A stretch of DNA of 64,000 bases from a virus, in IMG/VR virus record IMGVR_UViG_3300034121_000940, positions 32,001-96,000 of that record; one strand, 5' to 3'. The notes under the pieces are model-generated. The model made no database searches and was not told where the DNA came from. It saw only the letters and a list, made by a program, of their open reading frames with translations. Each line of letters starts with the position of its first letter. Position 1 is the stretch's first letter. Positions 56,919 through 64,000 of this stretch are shown one piece after another. The position numbers and the translations under genes are program-made.

Positions 56919-57601
56919 GTGTAACAACAGTAAGAAAAACAAGGGAGAAAGAGTTTTATGTGAATCACATAGAAACTTTTAAGAAAATAGGAGAGTCTGA
57001 TCCTATGTTCTTGATTAAAACAGCCTTTTTTCAAAAAGGTAAGTATGGTAGACAAGTTCAGTTCTTTGAAAGTGAGTTGTCAAAAGGACAAGACATTTAT
57101 GTAGAGTTCTATGACAATGTAACTGATAATTCAGGAACTGTAGTTGATATTAAACCATTCTATGAAAACAGACAATTATTTAGATATAGATACAATCCTT
57201 TCTATTCTGAAGAATATGATAAAAAAAGTGGTGTATCTTCAACAGGATCTGACTATTCATTATTCACAGTTCCATTACAAGAATTAGTAGCTGTTAATCC
57301 TGATGGATCTACACTTAGCTATGGTTTGTTTGAGAAAAGACTTGCTGAGATTGAAGAAAAGAAAAAAGCTGGTGATTTTGATATAGATTTACCAAGACTT
57401 CAGAATTCTTTAGTTAATAATAGTGACTTTCCAGATTTCACAGAAGGTTTATCAACAAGACCTGCAACAGTAGAAGAAAGTTTAGCTACAACTTATAAAG
57501 ATCCTTTAATGAGTGAGATGACTATTCAGGATTTTGCTGCAATCATGTGGAAAAAACCTGTAAGTAACAAGCAATGGTTAAATGATTTAATTAGTAAGTA
57601 A
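56915..57601 (+). CDS. Hypothetical protein
   Basis: 228-aa ORF in the replication module. Confidence 0.7.
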   Translation: MSVTTVRKTREKEFYVNHIETFKKIGESDPMFLIKTAFFQKGKYGRQVQFFESELSKGQDIYVEFYDNVTDNSGTVVDIKPFYENRQLFRYRYNPFYSEEYDKKSGVSSTGSDYSLFTVPLQELVAVNPDGSTLSYGLFEKRLAEIEEKKKAGDFDIDLPRLQNSLVNNSDFPDFTEGLSTRPATVEESLATTYKDPLMSEMTIQDFAAIMWKKPVSNKQWLNDLISK

Positions 57602-58323
57602 TGAGTATAGTACTTCCAACTACAAAGGTAAAGGCTCAGAGAGCTAATCCTAAAAGATTGGTTATTTATTCAAAACCAAAAACAGGTAAAACTACTTGTT
57701 ATGCTGGTCTTGAGAATAATTTAATCTTAGATTTAGAACATGGTGCAGATTTTATTGAAGCATTGAAAGTTCCTATTACTAGTTTACAGGAGTTATTGGA
57801 TACAGGTAAAGCTATTAGAGAAGCTAATAAGCCTTACAAGTATATTACTATAGATACTGTAACAGCATTAGAAGAAATGGTGATTCCATTAGCAATAAAA
57901 CTTTATCGCCAAACACCATTAGGAAAAAATTTTGAAGGAGACACTATTTTAAACTTACCAATGGGTCAAGGTTATATGTATTTAAGACAAGCTTTCTTTC
58001 AAGTTTTAGATTTTGTTGATAGCTTAGCTGATCATATTATACTTTCTGGGCATATAAAAGATGCTCAAGTTGATGATAAAGGTGAGCTTGTTATGGCTGC
58101 TAATATAGATTTGACAGGTAAAATAAAAAGTTTGATTTGTGCAAATGCTGATGCTATTGGTTACTTACATCGCAAAGGAGCTCAAACTATTTTATCTTTT
58201 AAATCAAAAGATGAAGTAACATGTGGTGCTAGACCAGACCACTTGAGAAATAAAGAAATAGTAATAGCAGATTCCTCTGAAGGTCCATTAAAGATTTCTT
58301 GGGATGAAGTATATGTAAAATAA
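57601..58323 (+). CDS. AAA_24/Sak4-like P-loop ATPase (recombinase candidate)
   Basis: IYSKPKTGKT, LDLEHG, ITIDT, ILSGH and ADAIG. Confidence 0.75.
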   Translation: MSIVLPTTKVKAQRANPKRLVIYSKPKTGKTTCYAGLENNLILDLEHGADFIEALKVPITSLQELLDTGKAIREANKPYKYITIDTVTALEEMVIPLAIKLYRQTPLGKNFEGDTILNLPMGQGYMYLRQAFFQVLDFVDSLADHIILSGHIKDAQVDDKGELVMAANIDLTGKIKSLICANADAIGYLHRKGAQTILSFKSKDEVTCGARPDHLRNKEIVIADSSEGPLKISWDEVYVK

Positions 58324-58356
58324 AAAAGTAAGTTTAATAATTAAAAGTAAAAAAAG

Positions 58357-59037
58357 ATGGCTTTAAGTACAACAGATTTGGGAACAGGCTCAGGGATGCC
58401 TAAAACAATTACACCAGGTAATCATGTTTTAAAAATTAATTCTATTCACTTAGAAGAGTTTACATTTATAGATGGTGCTTATCACTTGATGTTAAATGTA
58501 GAAACTCCTGCTATTGATGACTTTGAAGGTTTTATGATTGACAAAGATGATGAAAGTAAAGGACGCTATGCTGGTCAAATTGGTAGATTAAAAGCATCTC
58601 AGTATGCATTTGCTGATGGTGAAACTAAGTCTGGTATTAAAATTCAGAGAGATAGATCAATCATGATCTTCTTAAAGAACTTAGCACATACATATGGTAT
58701 TGATGAGTGGTTTATTGCTCAAGATAACAAGTTTGACACTATTGAAGACTTTGTTAAACACTTCAGTGAAAATGCTCCAATCAAAGATAAGTATCTTAAA
58801 TGGTGTGTAGGTGGTAAAGAGTATATGGGTAAAACTGGTTATACTAACTATGATTTATATTTACCAAAAGGTGAAGGAACTAAATATGCTTATGGTGATG
58901 CTGAAGGAGGTAAAGTTCTTGAGTATAATGAGGCTAAACACCTTAAAAAACTTGAAGTAACTGAGAAGAAAGAATTTGGTGCTGATGATGATTTATCTAT
59001 CCCAAGCAAGAATGCTGCAGACTTCAGCTTAGATTAA
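58357..59037 (+). CDS. Putative single-stranded DNA-binding protein
   Basis: Follows the Sak4-like gene; acidic C-terminal tail; positional inference. Confidence 0.45.
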   Translation: MALSTTDLGTGSGMPKTITPGNHVLKINSIHLEEFTFIDGAYHLMLNVETPAIDDFEGFMIDKDDESKGRYAGQIGRLKASQYAFADGETKSGIKIQRDRSIMIFLKNLAHTYGIDEWFIAQDNKFDTIEDFVKHFSENAPIKDKYLKWCVGGKEYMGKTGYTNYDLYLPKGEGTKYAYGDAEGGKVLEYNEAKHLKKLEVTEKKEFGADDDLSIPSKNAADFSLD

Positions 59038-59054
59038 AAGTAACAACTTTTGAG

Positions 59055-59081
59055 AAAGGGAGTCTCAGTGCTCCCTTTTTT
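59055..59081 (+). terminator. Intrinsic terminator
   Basis: AAAGGGAG/CTCCCTTT stem plus U-run. Confidence 0.75.
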
Positions 59082-59099
59082 ATTCTTAAAATTTTTGGT

Positions 59100-60074
59100 A
59101 TGATTTCAACAAAAGCAGTTATACATGACTTAAACCAAGTTCCTAGAGAATGGGTGTTTGAGTTCTATCTTAACTTAACAGAAAAGTTAACAGGACAAGA
59201 TCTTAAAATCAAGTCAGTATTCTCTAATGAGAAAACTCCATCATTTTGTATTTATCCAAATAAAATGGGTCAGTATTCATTTAAAGATTTCTCATCCGGT
59301 AAGTCTGGTGATGCTATTGAGTTTGTAATGCAATATTTTAATCTTGAATCTAGAGGTGTTTCTGTTAGAAAAATAATGGATGACTATTCTGATTACATAA
59401 GCAAGAATGATATCACTCCTAGAGAATATAAACCTGAGAGTAGATATGAAGTTTCTGATTATGAGATCAGACACTGGAATAATCTTGATGAGGATTTCTG
59501 GATGAGTTATAAGATAGGTTCTAAAGTATTAGATGAGTATAATGTTCAACCACTAAAGTATTTTATACTTAGTAAGACTGATAGTGAAGGTGCTGTAAAA
59601 GAGCTCCGGTTTGAAAACAATTATACCTATGGCTATTTCAAGAATGATGGTACATTGTATAAAATCTATCAGCCTAAAAACAAGGTGAGTAAATTCATCA
59701 AAGTATCTGATTACATTCAAGGTTCTGAGCAGGTTACATTTCAAGCTAAGTATTTAGTAGTAACTAAATCTCTGAAAGATATCATGTCTTTTAAAACTCT
59801 TGGTATTGGTAATGTAGAAACAATTGCACCAGATAGTGAGAATACAGTTATTGCAGAAAATCTTATGAAGAAGTATATTCATAAGTATGCTAAAATCATA
59901 TTGATTTTTGACAATGATGAGCCTGGTATTGAAGCAGCTAAAACTTACAAGAAAAGATATGGTTTTGACTATCTTATACTACCATATGAGAAAGATATAT
60001 CTGATACTGTAAGAGCAAGAGGTATTCAAGAAACAAGAAACATAGTATTCAAATCAATAAAAGCACTATTATGA
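59100..60074 (+). CDS. DNA primase (Toprim)
   Basis: EKTPSF..FKDFSSG..GD; TKSLKD; FDNDEPG; KDISD. Confidence 0.85.
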   Translation: MISTKAVIHDLNQVPREWVFEFYLNLTEKLTGQDLKIKSVFSNEKTPSFCIYPNKMGQYSFKDFSSGKSGDAIEFVMQYFNLESRGVSVRKIMDDYSDYISKNDITPREYKPESRYEVSDYEIRHWNNLDEDFWMSYKIGSKVLDEYNVQPLKYFILSKTDSEGAVKELRFENNYTYGYFKNDGTLYKIYQPKNKVSKFIKVSDYIQGSEQVTFQAKYLVVTKSLKDIMSFKTLGIGNVETIAPDSENTVIAENLMKKYIHKYAKIILIFDNDEPGIEAAKTYKKRYGFDYLILPYEKDISDTVRARGIQETRNIVFKSIKALL

Positions 60075-60511
60075 GTAAACCAATAGATTTTTGGACATAT
60101 GAAGGAAAAGCATTTAAAGAATCTGATATTCCAGAAGGAGCTATTGGCTTTATTTACATTATGACAGCTATAATAGATGGTAAGTCTGTTTCTTATATTG
60201 GCAAGAAAAATTTCTTTGCCAATATAAAAAGACCGTTAGGAAAGAAAGCTCTTGCCGTAACTACTGATAAGAGACTTAAAAAGTACAGTATGGTTATTAG
60301 ACCAGACTTTCTTAATTACTATAGCTCTAATAAAATACTGAAAGAAGCACATAAAATGGGAGTAAATATTAAGAGAGAAATACTTAGAATATGTTACTCA
60401 GGTATGGAGCTTACTTATCAGGAAACAAAACACCAATTTGTACATGAAGTGTTAGAAAAAGAAGAATTTCTTAATGGAAATATCTTAGGTAGATTTTATA
60501 AAGTAAAATAG
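60071..60511 (+). CDS. GIY-YIG family nuclease-like protein
   Basis: GFIYIM...YIGKKNF...YYSS...REIL...E...N.NILG. Confidence 0.7.
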   Translation: MSKPIDFWTYEGKAFKESDIPEGAIGFIYIMTAIIDGKSVSYIGKKNFFANIKRPLGKKALAVTTDKRLKKYSMVIRPDFLNYYSSNKILKEAHKMGVNIKREILRICYSGMELTYQETKHQFVHEVLEKEEFLNGNILGRFYKVK

Positions 60512-60618
60512 ACTATGAAAACACTTAAATGCATTTATAGGTATTTAGCTTTTATTGAAAAGCATGTTAAAAAATGTAGAGAAAATTCTCTATTTGGTAA
60601 AATGTAAAAAATAAACTG

Positions 60619-61035
60619 ATGGAAAAATTCTTATTTGGAAAAGAAGAATGTAAGAATCTGATTGCAATGATTAAGTCACCTGATGAAAGTAACCATGAAA
60701 TGGCAAAAACAATATTAGAATCCCTTGACATTGAAGATAATCTTCAGTGGGTTTTTATCATTATCGTATTTGCTGGTAAGTCTGAAAGATTCTGGATGCA
60801 TAATAATTTCTATACTAATCTCACAAAAAGATTTGGTAGTTTTCTCCAAGCTTCTTTAGATAACAGAACAATGAGTTTGACACTCTTGAATACTGTTTTA
60901 CCTAATGAAGTAAAGTTGAAGTCTCCTTATGTAGAGTTATATTTTGAATTATACTTTCTAGAAATGAAAAAGAGTCTGAATCAATATGGGTATGATTTTG
61001 TAAATGAAATTCAAATAAAAGCAAAAGATGAATAA
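60619..61035 (+). CDS. Hypothetical protein
   Basis: 138-aa ORF. Confidence 0.6.
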   Translation: MEKFLFGKEECKNLIAMIKSPDESNHEMAKTILESLDIEDNLQWVFIIIVFAGKSERFWMHNNFYTNLTKRFGSFLQASLDNRTMSLTLLNTVLPNEVKLKSPYVELYFELYFLEMKKSLNQYGYDFVNEIQIKAKDE

Positions 61036-61321
61036 AGTAGATTTACTAAGCAAGGCCAGTAAGGACCTTATGCTTAAAGAGCCGTATTATGGCTATTTTC
61101 TAATCCAGCTTAACAAGCATTGGAGAAATGACATTCCTACAGCAGGAGTTAGTAAGAATGGAATTAACTACCAGTTAGCAATTAATGAAACTTTCTGGTG
61201 TGAATTGACGGATCTACATAGATTAGGTTTGTTAAAACATGAGCTATTACACATTGCATTTGGTCACTTAACAGCTTATCACAGTTTTGCTGATAGAAGA
61301 ATGGCCAATATTGCAATGGAT
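61028..61321 (+). CDS. Metallopeptidase-VWA protein, exon 1
   Basis: PTAGV and HELLH (HExxH); ends NIAMD at the intron 5' splice site. Confidence 0.85.
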
Positions 61322-61504
61322 TAATTCCTAGTCCCGCTATACAGTAATGTATAGTTGAAAGCTTTAAATTGACGGGAAGTTCCTAAAGCTTTATCTACCA
61401 AGTATAGGTGGTGACACACTATATGGCTGAAGTAATTACTCAGGTATGGTAAAAAAGATAAAGATGTCTAAATGGATAATCCGCAGCCAAAGTTCTTTAA
61501 AATG

Positions 61505-61535
61505 TTTGTGTAATAGAAATTAATTAGTATATTTG
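61505..61535 (+). promoter_or_regulatory. Bacteroidota promoter inside the intron (TTTG-N19-TATATTTG)
   Basis: Full -33/-7 consensus just before the endonuclease ATG. Confidence 0.6.
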
Positions 61536-61540
61536 TTTTT

Positions 61541-62380
61541 ATGAGACAAAAATTATTAATCACAGATGATATTATACAGCAATTATATGCAACAGGTTTA
61601 AGTTGTCAAAAAATTGCAAATAAATTAAATTGCTCAGAAAGTTATATTAACAAAAAACTCAAGAGCTTGAATATTACTAAAAGATCTAATTCTGTTTATA
61701 GAAAAAGATCATGGAATGAAAACTTTTTTAATACAATAGACACTGAAGAAAAAGCATATTGGCTTGGTTTTTTATATGCAGATGGTTGTGTACATGATAC
61801 ACCTAATGGTCAAAAGTTAATTACTTTATGTGTGAAAGATAAAGAAGTGATTGAAAAGTTTATTAAATCTATTAAGGGTGATTTTGTAGTTAAAGAATAC
61901 AATAATGTATATGGTATATATTTAACAAGTAAAATCATGTTTAATGACTTATGTAAACTTGGTTGTATTCCAAGAAAATCTTTAAATCTTAAATTTCCTG
62001 ATATCAATAATGATTATATAAATCATTTTATAAGAGGTTATTTTGATGGAGATGGTACAGTATTTATCTGTAATCCTAAAAATTACAACAATACAAATAC
62101 TGTTTATAAATCAATCGGTATTGGAATATGTGGAACATATGAAATGTTAAGTATTTTATCAAAACATGCTCCAATTAATTTTCCAAAAAAAGATAAAAGA
62201 AAACTTAGTAATATTTGGTATTCTTCTACATTTGGTACAAATAAAGCATTAACTTTTTATAATTATTTATACAATGATGCTACTATTTGGTTAGATAGAA
62301 AAAAGAATAAATTTGAAAATTATTTTAAAGAAAGAGGTTCAGAGACTACAATAAGCCACCCTACTGGGGTGAAGGTATAG
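61541..62380 (+). CDS. Intron-encoded LAGLIDADG homing endonuclease
   Basis: YWLGFLYADG and FIRGYFDGDG; the 3' end overlaps the intron core. Confidence 0.88.
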   Translation: MRQKLLITDDIIQQLYATGLSCQKIANKLNCSESYINKKLKSLNITKRSNSVYRKRSWNENFFNTIDTEEKAYWLGFLYADGCVHDTPNGQKLITLCVKDKEVIEKFIKSIKGDFVVKEYNNVYGIYLTSKIMFNDLCKLGCIPRKSLNLKFPDINNDYINHFIRGYFDGDGTVFICNPKNYNNTNTVYKSIGIGICGTYEMLSILSKHAPINFPKKDKRKLSNIWYSSTFGTNKALTFYNYLYNDATIWLDRKKNKFENYFKERGSETTISHPTGVKV

Positions 62381-62416
62381 TCCGATCTGCAGGGAAACTT
62401 GCAGCTAACATAAATG

Positions 62417-63430
62417 ATGGAGATTAACCAGTACATTGATTGTGCGTGGTTACCTGGTGGTGAGCATACAGCAGATGAATTTGCTAAAATTAAAGCAAAA
62501 GTCATGAGTGAGTATGATCAAGCAACAGCTAATGGAGCTACACCAGAAGAATTAAAAGAGATTATGTCTAAGTTGCCTCCAAGAGGTATAATGATTGATG
62601 ATTATCATGAGTTGAATCTTGATACAAAGGCAGGTACTAAATACTACTATAAGAAGCTGAAAGAGGCTCAGGAGAAGAAAGAACAAACCGGTAGTTCTGG
62701 TTCAGCAGCTATGGATCAATTGCTTGATGAAATGGAGCAAGGTAATGGTCCTGGTTATGATCATAGTACATGGGATGAATTTGAAGGCATAGGTGAGACA
62801 GAACAGAAACTTATGGACCGTCAGATTCAGAGAATTCTTACTGAAGCTAAGGAACAAACTGAAAAGAAAAGAGGTTATGTTCCTGGAGAAATGTCTGCTC
62901 TTATTAAAGTAGAAGAATTTGTAAAACCAAAATTTGATTGGAGAGGTTATGTAAGAAGATTTACTGGTACAAGTACAAAAGTATATACCAAGAAACTTCA
63001 GAGAAAGGAAAACAGAAGATTTCCGGCTTTTCCAGGTCTAAAAATTAAAATGCGTCAACACATCTTATTAGCTATTGATACTTCAGGTTCAGTAAGTGAT
63101 TCAGAGTTAAAAGAGTTTATGAATGAGATTCATCACATTTATAAAACAGGTGTTGATATTACTATTATCCAATGTGATACAAAAATCAACAGTATTGAGC
63201 CCTATAAAGGCAAGAATGATTTGAATATTGTTGGTAGAGGTGGGACTGAATTTGATCCCGTCCTAGAGTATTATGATGCAAACATCAGAAAGTTTACAAG
63301 TTTAATATACTTTACTGATGGTGAGTGTTATACAAGTATAAAGCCAAAAGGCAAAATATTGTGGGTATTATCTGAAAGATCAGACATGAATGATAGATTA
63401 CCAGGCAAAGTTATTAAGTTAGAGTTATAA
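62417..63430 (+). CDS. Metallopeptidase-VWA protein, exon 2
   Basis: MIDAS motif AIDTSGS, GRGGTEF and YFTDGE; spliced product 435 aa. Confidence 0.85.
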   Translation: MEINQYIDCAWLPGGEHTADEFAKIKAKVMSEYDQATANGATPEELKEIMSKLPPRGIMIDDYHELNLDTKAGTKYYYKKLKEAQEKKEQTGSSGSAAMDQLLDEMEQGNGPGYDHSTWDEFEGIGETEQKLMDRQIQRILTEAKEQTEKKRGYVPGEMSALIKVEEFVKPKFDWRGYVRRFTGTSTKVYTKKLQRKENRRFPAFPGLKIKMRQHILLAIDTSGSVSDSELKEFMNEIHHIYKTGVDITIIQCDTKINSIEPYKGKNDLNIVGRGGTEFDPVLEYYDANIRKFTSLIYFTDGECYTSIKPKGKILWVLSERSDMNDRLPGKVIKLEL

Positions 63431-63447
63431 ATTATTAAAAAAAAGTT

Positions 63448-64000
63448 ATGAGCCAAGTTCAATTAAACCTAGATGAGTTAAAAGATTTCGTAAAGTATAT
63501 GGTTACTAATAACCAACATATTCAAGCTAACGGTAAAGTTCCTGTAGCAGTGAATATAGAAGGTGATGCAGGTTTGGGTAAAACTTCATCAGTAAAACAG
63601 TTAGCTGCAGAGCTTAACATGGATATTATCAGATTAAATTTAGCAGAGTTTGAGGAATTGGGTGACTTAGTAGGTTTTCCCGTTAAAGAATTTGAGATTG
63701 CAAATGCAGAAGGTAAAACTACCTGGATTAATGAGCATCAGATTGATGCAGCAATGAAGAAAGGTTACAAAGTAATTAATAAGAGAATGGCTCATGCAGC
63801 TCCTGAATGGATTCAAGGTAGAGGTGAAGGTGGTTTCTTAATCTTAGATGACTATACCAGAGCTGACCATAGATTTATGCAAGCTACCATGACTTTGATT
63901 GATGAGCAAGCATATGCTTCTTGGAAATTACCTAAGAACTGGCATATTTTATTGACTACCAATCCAGATAATGGTGATTATAATGTAACTTCATTAGATA
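63448..64000 (+). CDS. MoxR-like AAA+ ATPase (partial)
   Basis: MSQVQLNL...GDAGLGKT...GDLVGFP...LILDDYTRA...LTTNP; partner of the VWA gene; runs off the window. Confidence 0.8.
   Translation, partial: MSQVQLNLDELKDFVKYMVTNNQHIQANGKVPVAVNIEGDAGLGKTSSVKQLAAELNMDIIRLNLAEFEELGDLVGFPVKEFEIANAEGKTTWINEHQIDAAMKKGYKVINKRMAHAAPEWIQGRGEGGFLILDDYTRADHRFMQATMTLIDEQAYASWKLPKNWHILLTTNPDNGDYNVTSLD

Larger units (their letters stand above)
61322..62416 (+). mobile_element. Group I intron with LAGLIDADG ORF
   Basis: Exon ends in U; P1 GGAU/GUCC; core AATTGACGGGAA, AATCCGCAGC, TTCAGAGACTA, AAGGTATAGTCC; terminal G at 62416; splicing restores NIAMD-MEINQYI. Confidence 0.9.

Noticed and set aside
61028-61324. 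Truncated pseudogene of a metallopeptidase
   Set aside because: The TAA is the first three bases of a group I intron; splicing restores the reading frame.
39826-62505. Minus-strand ORFs in the right arm other than 54237..54547 (e.g. 48039..48305, 48263..48460, 55898..56161)
   Set aside because: They overlap better-supported plus-strand genes or RNA structures and have atypical composition.
1-64000. Stop-codon reassignment as seen in some crAss-like phages
   Set aside because: Terminase, portal, MCP, helicases and primase are full-length in the standard code; TAG and TGA serve as real stops; no suppressor tRNA seen.
1-64000. Integrase, DNA polymerase or RNA polymerase genes
   Set aside because: None recognisable here; they may lie outside this window, so lifestyle and taxonomy remain inferred.

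Overview
A 64-kb segment of a large, AT-rich lytic dsDNA phage of a Bacteroidota (probably Flavobacteriia) host. The host call rests on TAnnTTTG promoters, AT-rich leaders without Shine-Dalgarno sequences and flavobacterial-type protein domains. The head-module gene order resembles crAss-like phages. Left arm (1-39.5 kb, minus strand): Cys-rich tail/appendage proteins, ring and auxiliary capsid-like proteins, a Dps/ferritin-like protein, about ten small Lys-rich proteins, the major capsid gene flanked by two free-standing homing endonucleases, scaffold, portal, terminase, lysis genes, fibres, a small accessory cassette (DUF3310, GroES-like, Acb2/Tad1-like) and tRNA-Asn. The strand switches at a G/C-tract-rich gap (~39.6-39.8 kb). 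Right arm (plus strand): early hypothetical genes, SF2 helicase, ClpS, GH73 hydrolase, spore-photoproduct-lyase-like radical SAM enzyme, UNG, DnaB, AAA recombinase, primase, a metallopeptidase-VWA gene split by a LAGLIDADG-carrying group I intron, and a MoxR-like ATPase that runs off the window. The least explained signal is non-coding RNA: a 1-kb structured island (47.76-48.79 kb) holding a tRNA-Leu body with a 74-nt anticodon insert, a 54-nt armless tRNA-like RNA with G3-U70 and a kissing-loop element; a twister-like ribozyme at 41.34-41.46 kb; and a structured trailer after tRNA-Asn. All protein calls come from visual motif recognition, not database searches.
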